A stretch of DNA of 64,000 bases. Source: an uncultured bacterium. Lineage in GTDB: Bacteria > Gemmatimonadota > Gemmatimonadetes > Palauibacterales > Palauibacteraceae. How positions within the stretch are numbered: position 1 is the stretch's first letter; the number at the start of each line of letters is the position of its first letter. Of the stretch, positions 38,294 through 47,110 are shown one piece after another. A model generated the notes under the pieces. The model was not told where the DNA came from and searched no databases. It worked only from the letters and a program-made list of their open reading frames with translations. Location of the stretch: contig CBDUVN010000001.1 of assembly GCA_965370685.1 (NCBI GenBank), forward strand, positions 1,763 through 65,762. Reading direction: 5' to 3'. The translations under genes and the position numbers were made by a program.

Positions 38294-40333
38294 TCAACGG
38301 AGAATGACACTGGCACCGCGCACAGCTGTCATACCGGCTGCCGGCACCTGGTCCGTCACTTTGTCGCTTCCGTGGATCTCTACCTTCAGCCCCAGACCAT
38401 GCAGTCTGCGGACGGCGGCCCGAACGTCCAGGCCGCGCACATCCGGCACGGAGATTTCCGCCATATCCGACTCGGGATCCGGAGTCCGTCCGAGTTTCCC
38501 TGTGGCCGTTTCGCCATTCGCGACAAAGCGGAACACGGACGCCGGCCGGCTGTCAGTGCGAAGCTCTCCGTCCGGAACTCGACGTTCGACTGCGGACGAG
38601 GCACGGCCCCAGTCGAGGTCGCTGCCGAGGAAGGCTCCGCGTACAATCCCCGGTCCCGGACCGGCCCCATCCATCAGACCGGCGTCCTGACCGGCCAGCA
38701 TTGCCTGCAGTACGCGCCGACTGACCGGCGCAGCGATTCCGCCCCCGTAATACTTCCCCTGCGGGTCCTCCAGCTTCGTGAGAATGACAAGCCGCGGATC
38801 ATCGGCCGGCGCGAAGCCAACGAATGACGCCGTATACCGTCGTTCGTCGTATCCGCCGTTCGATGCTATGCGCACCGTGCCAGTCTTGCCGGCAATAGGA
38901 AGAGTCTCCAGAGCCGCCCTGCGTCCTGTCCCATTCTCGTTCACCACCCACGTGAGGACTTCGGTGATTTGCGAGGCCACGTCCCGGTGGATAACGCGAC
39001 GAACGGGCTCCGGAACCGACCGCCAGGAGGCATCGCCATTGATGTCCCGGATCTCGCGCACGAGGGTCGGTCTCATCAGCACGCCCCCGTTCGCCAGACT
39101 TCCATAAGCGGCTACCAGCTGCACCGAGGTAATCAGCAGTTCGTACCCGAATGCCAACGAGCCCTGACTGACCGCTGACCAGGACGCGGGTCGACGTAGA
39201 AGCCCGGCCGATTCCGAGGGAACCCGCAGGCCCGTTGGTGTCCCGAACCCGAAGTCGCGCAGATATGAGTACTGCAGGCCCCGCTCGAGCCGCCTCGCAA
39301 GCTTGGCCGCTCCGATATTGCTCGAGTGGAGGAGTACCTCCGCCACCGAGAGCGAATCGTAGCCATGTACATCGCGAATCGTCCGATGTGCGGTCCGCCA
39401 CACACCGTTTTCGACGTCAACCCGATCGTCGAGGGTCGCTCGATTCTCCTGGAGCAGGGTCGCGATGAGAAACGGCTTCATCGTAGAGCCGGGCTCGTAA
39501 GGATCGGTGAACGCGGGAATACCGAATTTCCGATCCTTACGCACGCTGGCCACGGCAAGCAGTTCACCGGTCCGTGGATCGGCCATCAGCACATCACCGC
39601 CGGACGCGCCGGTCTCGGCCAGCGCCCGGGCAAGTGCCTGCTCGGCTATCTCCTGGAGCTCCAGGTCGATCGTCAGGAAGACATCCAGGCCGGGTAAAGG
39701 AAGCGAACGCTCTGCCTCGGGCACGGGGTAAAGCTCACCGCGGGCGTCTCGCCGCCAGACGACTTCACCCTCGGTACCGACGAGCAGGCTGTCGAACAGG
39801 AGTTCGAGACCCGACTGTCCCTTTCCCGTCTCGTCCACGCTTCCAAGAAGACTCCGGGCGATCCCACCTTCCGGATACACTCGTGTGACAACCGCACGGA
39901 AGTGAATACCGCTGGGAACCGCCTCTTCGAGTCCGGCCCGCACTCGACCATCCACCCGGCCGATCGGAGACCAGCCCCGCTCCGCTTTCGTCAGTCGAGC
40001 CGCGGCGCGCGAGTCCAACTCGGCGATCCTGATGATCGTCTCGACATCCCGGGCGCCGTCACGACTCTCGGCCGGTGCGAAGAACGCGTCGAATTCCTCG
40101 GTCGAAACCGCGAGCGGCCGGCCGTGGCGGTCGAAGATGCCCCCACGGGCTGCCGGCAGGGTTCCATGGAGGTTTCCCTGAGACTCGGCACGGGCTCGCC
40201 ACTGATCCGCCTGAACCAGCTGGATCTGCGCCGCTCGGGCCGTCATCGCCACGGCCGCGACCAGGACCAGGATCGACAGGAATCGGCAGCGTCTTGTGTG
40301 GACCCGACAGTAGGCACCAGGGGCTTTCGTCAT
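38294..40333 (-). CDS. ftsI: peptidoglycan D,D-transpeptidase FtsI (class B PBP) with C-terminal PASTA domain
   Basis: Internal Met start (MTKAPGAY...). TM anchor, transpeptidase motifs STMKPF (SxxK), HSSN and KTGT, and a terminal PASTA fold (ISVPDVRGLDVRAAVRRLHGLGLKVEIHGSDKVTDQVPAAG). Confidence 0.9.
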   Translation of the reverse strand: MTKAPGAYCRVHTRRCRFLSILVLVAAVAMTARAAQIQLVQADQWRARAESQGNLHGTLPAARGGIFDRHGRPLAVSTEEFDAFFAPAESRDGARDVETIIRIAELDSRAAARLTKAERGWSPIGRVDGRVRAGLEEAVPSGIHFRAVVTRVYPEGGIARSLLGSVDETGKGQSGLELLFDSLLVGTEGEVVWRRDARGELYPVPEAERSLPLPGLDVFLTIDLELQEIAEQALARALAETGASGGDVLMADPRTGELLAVASVRKDRKFGIPAFTDPYEPGSTMKPFLIATLLQENRATLDDRVDVENGVWRTAHRTIRDVHGYDSLSVAEVLLHSSNIGAAKLARRLERGLQYSYLRDFGFGTPTGLRVPSESAGLLRRPASWSAVSQGSLAFGYELLITSVQLVAAYGSLANGGVLMRPTLVREIRDINGDASWRSVPEPVRRVIHRDVASQITEVLTWVVNENGTGRRAALETLPIAGKTGTVRIASNGGYDERRYTASFVGFAPADDPRLVILTKLEDPQGKYYGGGIAAPVSRRVLQAMLAGQDAGLMDGAGPGPGIVRGAFLGSDLDWGRASSAVERRVPDGELRTDSRPASVFRFVANGETATGKLGRTPDPESDMAEISVPDVRGLDVRAAVRRLHGLGLKVEIHGSDKVTDQVPAAGMTAVRGASVILR

Positions 40334-40656
40334 TGGCCAGCGCTCCCGGCGCTCGACGGCGCCGTGACATCGGGCAGGTAAAGGATCTCGCCCTCCAGCG
40401 AGGGACGGAGACCCAACTGTCTGGCAGATTCGAGAACTCGCTCGCGAGACTCCAGGGAATCGACCCGAATCCACTCCTCGACTGCCTGTGCCTCGAGCGC
40501 GCGCTCCTCTCTCTGCAGATCCGCGAGCTCCGCCGCGATTCGCGTTCCCTGCGCGCTTCGACTGACCGAGATCCCCAGACTCGCCACCAGAACAGCGAGG
40601 GTCAGCGCAGCGGTCACTTTCCGACGCCAGTTCCGGATGCCCTGCCGATTCTTCAC
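40330..40656 (-). CDS. ftsL: cell division protein FtsL
   Basis: About 108 aa with a TM helix (TAALTLAVLVASLGI) and a coiled-coil (IAAELADLQREERALEAQAVEEW). The proposed GTG start overlaps the rsmH stop (GTGA), and the stop overlaps the ftsI start. Confidence 0.55.
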   Translation of the reverse strand: MKNRQGIRNWRRKVTAALTLAVLVASLGISVSRSAQGTRIAAELADLQREERALEAQAVEEWIRVDSLESRERVLESARQLGLRPSLEGEILYLPDVTAPSSAGSAGQ

Positions 40657-41627
40657 GATTTTTCCCAGGCGCGGAGCCGCGCGCTGCGGGCCCTGGGATT
40701 CCGTTGGATCTCGGCTTCGTCCGGCCGCAACGGTTTTTTTGTCAGGACGCGGCCCAGTGCCACACCACGACAGCGACAGACAGGGAGCTCGGGCGGACAG
40801 ACGCAGTCCCGGCTCCACTCCCGGAACGCGTGCTTGACGATGCGGTCTTCCAGCGAGTGGTAGGAAATGACGACGAAACGCCCGTGAGGTGAGAGCAGGC
40901 CTCGAATCGCGGCCAGGGCCTCCTGCAGGGCAGTCATTTCGTCGTTTACCTCGATCCTCAGGGCCTGGAAGAGCCGCGCTTTGGTCCGGGCGTCGACTCC
41001 CGGTCCGAGAACGGTCGTGAGCGCCGCGACGAGATCGTCCGCCGTCCGAAACGGAGTGGACTGTCTGCGTCGAACGACCTCCCGCGCGACAGCCCTCCAC
41101 CGGCGTTCCTCGCCGTACTCTCGAAACAGCGTTCCGAGTTGCTGTTCAGACTCAGTGTTCAGAATGTCGGCCGCGGTCCTCCCTCCGCCGGTTGTCCCGC
41201 CCATCCGCATGTTCAACGGTGTGCCTCGGCGAAAGGAGAACCCGCGCGCCTCCGAATCGATCTGGAACGATGAGACACCCAGGTCAAGCAGTGCTCCAGC
41301 CAGATCTCTTATGTCGGACAGGTCCGTGGCGATCTGTGCCACATCCCTGAAATTTCCACTGATGAATACGACCCGGTCCCCCCGGATACCGAGCCGTCTT
41401 CGGGCCGCAGTCAGCGCATCAGGATCCTGATCCAGACCTACGACCCGCGCTCCCGGGGCAGCGGCCAGGATCTGCTCGGCGTGGCCGCCACCACCCAGCG
41501 TACCATCCAGAAACGTCCCGCCGCGGTTCGGAGCGAGGAGTTCGACGACTTTGTCCGCGAGCACCGGATCATGCGCGAACTCCTCCGCCGCCATCGGGCT
41601 TCGCTCTCGATGCCGCGGGTCAGGCAA
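40653..41627 (-). CDS. rsmH: 16S rRNA (cytosine1402-N4)-methyltransferase
   Basis: Motifs DGTLGGGGHA, LGVSSFQ and SYHSLEDR. Confidence 0.92.
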   Translation of the reverse strand: MPDPRHRERSPMAAEEFAHDPVLADKVVELLAPNRGGTFLDGTLGGGGHAEQILAAAPGARVVGLDQDPDALTAARRRLGIRGDRVVFISGNFRDVAQIATDLSDIRDLAGALLDLGVSSFQIDSEARGFSFRRGTPLNMRMGGTTGGGRTAADILNTESEQQLGTLFREYGEERRWRAVAREVVRRRQSTPFRTADDLVAALTTVLGPGVDARTKARLFQALRIEVNDEMTALQEALAAIRGLLSPHGRFVVISYHSLEDRIVKHAFREWSRDCVCPPELPVCRCRGVALGRVLTKKPLRPDEAEIQRNPRARSARLRAWEKS

Positions 41628-42054
41628 AGATTCCGGCGAACATGTCGCCGAAGTCTCCGCCCGTTCCCTCCACCGAAGCGTCGAATCGCTCCGGATTCCA
41701 GATTTCGATCTTGTCCAGCGCGCCGACGAGCTGCGCCTCGTCCGTAATCCCCACCCGTTCCCGCAGTCGCTCGGGAATCAGGATTCGCCCCTGCCGGTCG
41801 GGCGTAAGCACCGTCGCGTTCGCAGTGAGCCCGAGTGCGAAGTGTCTGGCCCGTGGTGTTCGTCGTGCGTGTTCCCGCAATCGGACCTCCACTTCCAGCC
41901 AATTCTCTTCCGGATAGAGCGTCAGGGCGTCCTCGTGTACATGGATGAGGACGAATGGCGCGAACTCATCGCGGCCTTTCCGAAATGCCGCAGGTAGAGT
42001 CACGCGACCCTTCTCATCAACCTGATACAGGTAACTACCGAGAAAACCGCCCAC
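41620..42054 (-). CDS. mraZ: transcriptional regulator MraZ
   Basis: 144 aa. Duplicated MraZ/SpoVT-AbrB-like halves (GRVTLPAAFR and GRILIPERLR). Confidence 0.9.
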   Translation of the reverse strand: MGGFLGSYLYQVDEKGRVTLPAAFRKGRDEFAPFVLIHVHEDALTLYPEENWLEVEVRLREHARRTPRARHFALGLTANATVLTPDRQGRILIPERLRERVGITDEAQLVGALDKIEIWNPERFDASVEGTGGDFGDMFAGIFA

Positions 42055-42082
42055 TTAGCTCCGTTCCGACAGGCGTGAGTTA

Positions 42083-42118
42083 TCCCCACACTTTCCCACT
42101 TTTCCCCACCGCTCCCCA
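42083..42118 (-). promoter_or_regulatory. MraZ operator: four direct TGGGR repeats at exact 10-bp phasing (TGGGGA-n4-TGGGGA-n4-TGGGAA-n4-TGGGGA), 29-64 nt upstream of the mraZ start
   Basis: On the minus strand the sequence is TATGGGGAGCGGTGGGGAAAAGTGGGAAAGTGTGGGGATAA, read directly from the window. It matches the known MraZ-binding direct-repeat architecture (GTGGG-type repeats with 5-nt spacers) found upstream of dcw clusters. Confidence 0.7.
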
Positions 42119-42349
42119 TAGTATGCCTCGTCTGTGGGACGCGCAACCCCGGAATCCTCGCGAAATCGACTGACCGTCGAACTGTCGGGGAAACATCATG
42201 AATCGGTCGGACAGGCGGATTGATGCAACGTCAAAACGCCCGCCGAGACCGTGGTCTCGGCGGGCGTTACGCTGTCTCATCGCCGGCTGTTGCCGGCCCG
42301 AACTCCTGAACCGCGCCCGGCGGAGAGCCGGACGAACCCGGTCTCTACT

Positions 42350-44104
42350 CTACTTGCATGCCTTCTTGATCAGCTGCTCCTGCCGGTACAGATAGACGTC
42401 CGTGCTCTCGCGGATGTCCGACTGCGCGTTCGGTTGCTCGCTTCCGGCCCGATTCAGGTTCGGCAGGACCCGCTCAAACTTCGACAGAGCACGACGTGCC
42501 GGAGCACATGCTTCGGCTGCTTCGTTGGAAGCATCGATCTGCACACCCTGCTGGTAGTATCCGTAGGCCGTAAAGAAATACAGCTGGTCCCGAGTTCGAC
42601 CGGGCGGCGCGAACTCGGCGCCGACCGTGAACATCTGGATCGCATCGTCGTACCGGCCGGCCTTGAAGTGATCGTTGTACCCGCGACTGAGCATCTGGCT
42701 GGCCACCGCGTCGGGATCCGTCCCGTCCTGGACCGCCAACCGGAGGTCCACGATCGCCGAATCGGTATCGCCGGCCGCGAGCTTGAAGAACCCGCGGCGC
42801 GCGTGAGCGTTCGGATAGCTCGGGTCGAGCGCGAGGACCTCGTCCATCGCATCGGCCGCTTCCGCGGGACGATCCATCTTCCCGTACACGTCGGCCCGCA
42901 TCGACCACAGGGCTGGATCGTCCGTCCGGCTCACCTGTGCTCGGTCCGCGAATGCGAGGGCCTGATCGTAGTCGCCGAGCGCCAGGTGTGCGGCGATCAC
43001 GTTCCGGAGAATCTCCGGACTCGTTTCCTCGCCCTTGAGTTGGAGAACCTGGTCGTACGCCTCGGCAGCCCTGCGGACCGCGTCTTCGTCAGTGATCGTG
43101 GCCTCACCTTCCTCCCCTTCGGAGGCGGTACCCTTGTTCAAGGACACGTTTCCGAGGTACTCCCACAGATCCGCATTCGTCGGGTCGACCTCGATCCCCT
43201 CCTCGAGCAGTGCAATTGCGGGATCATACGCACCCGCCTGGGCGAGGTCATAGGCAATGGTCATCCGTACGCTGGCGTCACCGGGATTGAAGTTCAAGTA
43301 CTCCCGGTACAGCTCCGTCGCCCGCTCGGTATTCCCGAGCTGCGCCTCGGAATAGGCGAGGGACTGGAGCGCCAGCACCTCTGCCGGATTGTCTTCGACC
43401 ACCTTCGCGAGATCGGTCCGAGCATTTTCGTAGTCCTCCATGCCCATGTACACTCGACCCCGCAGGTAACGGGCGGTCATCGACTCCGGATTTCGTGTCA
43501 GAGCGTCATCGCAGTTGCGGATCGCATCTTCGTATTGCTGGGCGCTCAGATAGTCCCCGCAGAACATGATTGCGCGCTGATACTCGACCTGGCCCTCAAA
43601 CGCGGTGACGATCACGTCTGCCGCCTCTCGGACCTCGTCCTTGCCGTCGCCGGCAACCCTGAACTCCGGAACCGTCAACTCGTCGCCGCTCCGGGATTCC
43701 ACAAAACTCACGTTTATGGCGTTCCCGCCCGGCGCCCTGCTCACCTCACCGTACATCACGAGGTCGGCGTCCAGGCGGCCGGCGAGCTGGCGCCACTGGA
43801 TCAGACCGAGGTCTTTCTCATCCAGCTTCAGACGCTTGAGCTCATCTTTGACCGTTTTGCTATCGATCGTGGTGAGCGTCGGGAAGTCCCTCAGATCCTT
43901 CTGGACTTCCTCCGAAACCTTCTTGCCGAAGTCCTTCTTGACTCCCTCGCCCGACTTCAGCGGAGCCACGAGCACGCGCGCGCGACCGCCCGAGCCCCCA
44001 TTGCCCTCCTGGGCAGTCACGACATCGGCTTGCGTGAATGACACGGCGACAACCGCTGCGAGGCTCACTACGAGCCGAATGGTCGTTCCTGAAACTCGAT
44101 TCAT
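42350..44104 (-). CDS. secreted tetratricopeptide-repeat (TPR) protein
   Basis: Signal peptide from the internal Met (MNRVSGTTIRLVVSLAAVVAVSFTQA). Multiple TPR-like helical repeats occur throughout (e.g. AYSEAQLGNTERATELYREYLNFNP). Confidence 0.75.
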   Translation of the reverse strand: MNRVSGTTIRLVVSLAAVVAVSFTQADVVTAQEGNGGSGGRARVLVAPLKSGEGVKKDFGKKVSEEVQKDLRDFPTLTTIDSKTVKDELKRLKLDEKDLGLIQWRQLAGRLDADLVMYGEVSRAPGGNAINVSFVESRSGDELTVPEFRVAGDGKDEVREAADVIVTAFEGQVEYQRAIMFCGDYLSAQQYEDAIRNCDDALTRNPESMTARYLRGRVYMGMEDYENARTDLAKVVEDNPAEVLALQSLAYSEAQLGNTERATELYREYLNFNPGDASVRMTIAYDLAQAGAYDPAIALLEEGIEVDPTNADLWEYLGNVSLNKGTASEGEEGEATITDEDAVRRAAEAYDQVLQLKGEETSPEILRNVIAAHLALGDYDQALAFADRAQVSRTDDPALWSMRADVYGKMDRPAEAADAMDEVLALDPSYPNAHARRGFFKLAAGDTDSAIVDLRLAVQDGTDPDAVASQMLSRGYNDHFKAGRYDDAIQMFTVGAEFAPPGRTRDQLYFFTAYGYYQQGVQIDASNEAAEACAPARRALSKFERVLPNLNRAGSEQPNAQSDIRESTDVYLYRQEQLIKKACK

Positions 44105-44252
44105 GCTTCCGTCCTCGAAGTTCTGTCCGACGTCCATCGGGCCGGGACAGGCCGATCTCGGCATGTCAGACTGTTACGACACCCTCACTCACGGCGAAGT
44201 TCCGCGCCCGAGCAACCAGACCGGCCTTGCAAGCTCCGCCGTGTCGGGCGTA

Positions 44253-44327
44253 TGGGCGAAGCAGGATTCGAACCTGCGACCTCCTGCGTGTAAAGCAGGC
44301 GCTCTGGACCAACTGAGCTATTCGCCC
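44253..44327 (-). tRNA. tRNA-Val (anticodon UAC)
   Basis: Minus-strand sequence GGGCGAATAGCTCAGTTGGTCCAGAGCGCCTGCTTTACACGCAGGAGGTCGCAGGTTCGAATCCTGCTTCGCCCA folds as a cloverleaf. It has a 7-bp acceptor stem, an anticodon loop TTTACAC and a T-loop TTCGAAT. It is 75 nt with no encoded CCA. Confidence 0.88.
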
Positions 44328-44575
44328 CCTGCTTTCGTTTCCTCTCGTCCGTCCGACTGGCGAAGCCCCGCAAGCAGCCCTGCCGGTATCAGAACCATGT
44401 ACCCCAGCACCAGCAGTACCGGTGCAGCTGTAACCGATCCCCGATTCAGCAACACATACCCAAACAAAACGGCCACGACCCCCGCGAGCAGCAGCGCCCA
44501 GTTCATGACGTGCAGGCCCAGAAATCGTGGACGTTCGAGCATCGCTCCATCTCGATCCGAGCGGCTTCGGTCCAT
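44318..44575 (-). CDS. hypothetical small membrane protein
   Basis: 85 aa with two hydrophobic helices. Its 3' end overlaps the tRNA 5' end by about 10 nt, so it is doubtful. Confidence 0.3.
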   Translation of the reverse strand: MDRSRSDRDGAMLERPRFLGLHVMNWALLLAGVVAVLFGYVLLNRGSVTAAPVLLVLGYMVLIPAGLLAGLRQSDGREETKAGGE

Positions 44576-44584
44576 CTCTTGAGA

Positions 44585-45604
44585 CTACCCTTCGAATCGC
44601 CCGTAGTCAACGTAGAGATCCTCCTCGCAGGGCGTCTGACGTTCCTGCTCTCGCATCTCCTCCAGGCGTTGACGATCACGGCGCATGCGGCGCAGACCGA
44701 CGGTCAGCACGACGACGGTGATCAGGAGCCAGAAAAGTGCAGTTCTTGAAAGGAGATACAGCCAGCCGTAGCGGTCCATGACCGTCGCCCGCCATTGACG
44801 CTCGAATTGTTCCTGTGTGAGCCCGTAGACGCGTCGAAGGCCCACGTCCAGCGAGTGCCCGTTGCGCAGGGAGTTGAACAGGGCAGAGATGCCGGCGTCG
44901 CCACCGAGACTGTGCAGTTCCTGCACCACGGTATACGAGAGCAGGTAGGCGAGACGGATCTCTTCAGGATTGCTGCGGAATCGAAGATCCACGTCCTTGA
45001 GGGATTCCGACCCGCCCAGAAACAGGGAAATCTGGATTTTCCATGCATCGTCCCATCCCCAGGCACCCGAGGCGAATTGCGCGTATCCCTCGTGAAGCCA
45101 CCGCGGTGCTCTTCCACCGCTCGCCGCGTGCACCAGCAGATGTGCGAGTTCGTGCCGGAACACCGTTCTCAAGGTTGCCAGGGTTTCGAGCTCGGTTCCC
45201 GCACGTAGCGCGATCCGAAGGCCGTCCGGATCGGCGAGACCGGCAACCCACCGCTCCGGCTGTCCGAATCCCGCTTCCCGCAGGTCGCTGAGATCCCGGA
45301 GCAGGATCAGCTCGACCGTGTCGCGAATCCACGCCTCGGGCGACCCGATTCCGGGAAACTCGGCCGTAGCTCCGGCGTCGGTCACGATGCTGCGGGCAAT
45401 CCCCTCGAGGCCTTCCTCCGCCCGGATCCGAAAATTCAGCTTCGAAGACTGCGAGGCCGAAATGCTCCGCGCCGCGTCCGGGACCGCGGCCAGAAGAGGC
45501 CCGATCAGCAGGACAGCCAGGTATGTCGGGCGGAGGCCGGCGAGATTGCGTGCGACCGATCGGATCCGCCAATACACGCGACGTCGAGTTGAATTCCCGA
45601 TCAT
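44585..45604 (-). CDS. membrane-anchored putative zinc metalloprotease (HExxH...E zincin-like), hypothetical
   Basis: N-terminal signal/anchor, the motif FRHELAHLLVH followed by WLHEGYAQF (a gluzincin-like third ligand), and a C-terminal TM helix with a charged tail. Its start overlaps the rluD stop (ATGA). Confidence 0.6.
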   Translation of the reverse strand: MIGNSTRRRVYWRIRSVARNLAGLRPTYLAVLLIGPLLAAVPDAARSISASQSSKLNFRIRAEEGLEGIARSIVTDAGATAEFPGIGSPEAWIRDTVELILLRDLSDLREAGFGQPERWVAGLADPDGLRIALRAGTELETLATLRTVFRHELAHLLVHAASGGRAPRWLHEGYAQFASGAWGWDDAWKIQISLFLGGSESLKDVDLRFRSNPEEIRLAYLLSYTVVQELHSLGGDAGISALFNSLRNGHSLDVGLRRVYGLTQEQFERQWRATVMDRYGWLYLLSRTALFWLLITVVVLTVGLRRMRRDRQRLEEMREQERQTPCEEDLYVDYGRFEG

Positions 45605-46584
45605 GCCGCGGTGCTGTCGCGTGCCCAGTCGACGGCCCCGGCGAGAACCGCGGGAAGCGGAGAACTGAACGCCAATCGCTCCCCCGTCATCGGGTGGCGG
45701 AAAGTCAATCGCGCCGCGTGCAGGAACAGCCGGCCCGATCGACGAGCCAGCTCGTCAGCCCAGCGGCCGCCCGCTCCCGTAAACCCACGCTGCCAGTCTC
45801 GCCCGTAGATCGGATCTCCCACGATCGGATGACCCGCGTCGAGCAGATGAACGCGGATCTGGTGAGTGCGTCCCGTCTGAAGCCGCACGGCGATGAGGTC
45901 GGCCGCGATGAACCGCTCGAGACGCCGAACGTGCGTCACCGACTGTCGTCCGGTCGAGACGACCGCCATTCGCTTCCGATCCTTTGGATGCCGCCCCACC
46001 GGCTGATCGATCGTCAACTGTTCGGGTTCGAGCCGTCCCCAGCAGGCCGCTATATACCCACGACCGATCTTTCGTGCGGCAATGTCGGTGGAAAGCGCAC
46101 GATGCGCGGCTTCGTCCTTCGCGACTACCATCAGTCCGCTCGTGTCCCGGTCCAGTCGGTGGACGATGCCGGGGCGTAACGGAGCCCCGATCGTCGACAG
46201 CCGGTCCGTTCTGGCGAGGAGTGCGTTGACGAGAGTACCCGACGGGTGCCCCGGTGCCGGGTGCACGACCAGACCGGCCGGCTTGTCCACCACCAGGAGA
46301 ACTTCGTCTTCGAACACGACGGGAACCGGAATCGATTCCGGCTCGACGGAGACGGCGGGTGTTGGCGGCATACTGACCAGGAACAGATCTCCGGCATGCG
46401 GACGGTAGCTCTTTCGCACCGGCTCTCCGCGCAGCAGTACCCTGCCGTCGTCCATCAGCGATGCCACCCGGTTCCTGCTCAATGCCAGCCGGTCAGAAAG
46501 AAAAGCGTCGAGCCGTTGGTGTATGTCGGTCTCGACGTGTACCCGCAGGGGATCAGCCTGCCGCGGGCTCGTTCCCTTCTCCAC
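45601..46584 (-). CDS. rluD: 23S rRNA pseudouridine synthase, RluD/RluA family
   Basis: S4 domain at the N-terminus, catalytic motif HRLDRDTSGLMVVAK and GRTHQIRVHL. Confidence 0.88.
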   Translation of the reverse strand: MEKGTSPRQADPLRVHVETDIHQRLDAFLSDRLALSRNRVASLMDDGRVLLRGEPVRKSYRPHAGDLFLVSMPPTPAVSVEPESIPVPVVFEDEVLLVVDKPAGLVVHPAPGHPSGTLVNALLARTDRLSTIGAPLRPGIVHRLDRDTSGLMVVAKDEAAHRALSTDIAARKIGRGYIAACWGRLEPEQLTIDQPVGRHPKDRKRMAVVSTGRQSVTHVRRLERFIAADLIAVRLQTGRTHQIRVHLLDAGHPIVGDPIYGRDWQRGFTGAGGRWADELARRSGRLFLHAARLTFRHPMTGERLAFSSPLPAVLAGAVDWARDSTAA

Positions 46585-47110
46585 GCGCCCTCCGTTCCTC
46601 GCGCCAGAAGGAGATCAGAAGGAGAACCGCTCCGACGCTCACCGCGCTGTCAGCTACGTTGAACGTCCAGAACCGCCAGTCTCCGATTCCGACATCGATG
46701 AAGTCCACCACGCCCGCCTCGTATCTGAGGCGGTCCAGGATGTTCCCGATGGCCCCGGCCGCGATGAGTGCGACAGCGACCAACCGAAGGACGTCCTGCC
46801 GGGGCGTCGCGCGGTAGATCAGGAACAGCGCGACAAGCGCGACGACTGCCAGGGCCAGAAAGAACAGGCGAGAGTGCTCGCCGATGTTCATGCCGAACGC
46901 CGCACCTGGATTGTGCGTATAGGTGAGCCGCAGAAAATCACCGATCACGCTGCGTCTCGAATACATGGCGATATTGGCGACGACCCATTCCTTCGACAGG
47001 TAGTCGGCCAGAACGACGACGAATATGACTCCTGCGAGAAGGGCGCCCCTGTGGACGCCCCTCCTCGCGACCTCCGGGTCCAGATTCAGTCCCGGTTCAT
47101 CGGGAGGCAC
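46553..47110 (-). CDS. lspA: lipoprotein signal peptidase II
   Basis: Conserved NPGAAFG and FNVADS motifs, about 185 aa. GTG start proposed at VPPDEP. The upstream part of the table ORF overlaps the conserved DksA-family ORF in another frame and is rejected. Confidence 0.8.
   Translation of the reverse strand: MPPDEPGLNLDPEVARRGVHRGALLAGVIFVVVLADYLSKEWVVANIAMYSRRSVIGDFLRLTYTHNPGAAFGMNIGEHSRLFFLALAVVALVALFLIYRATPRQDVLRLVAVALIAAGAIGNILDRLRYEAGVVDFIDVGIGDWRFWTFNVADSAVSVGAVLLLISFWREERRARGEGNEPAAG

Noticed and set aside
36508-38307. 599-aa plus-strand ORF antisense to murF/murE
   Set aside because: Same GC artefact. The sense strand carries conserved Mur ligase P-loops.
42251-44041. 596-aa plus-strand ORF antisense to the TPR protein gene
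   Set aside because: Low-complexity translation. The minus-strand frame encodes a coherent signal peptide and TPR repeats.
44318-44575. Small membrane ORF next to tRNA-Val as a possible integration-site remnant
   Set aside because: No integrase or direct repeats of the tRNA 3' end nearby. The ORF is kept only as a low-confidence CDS.
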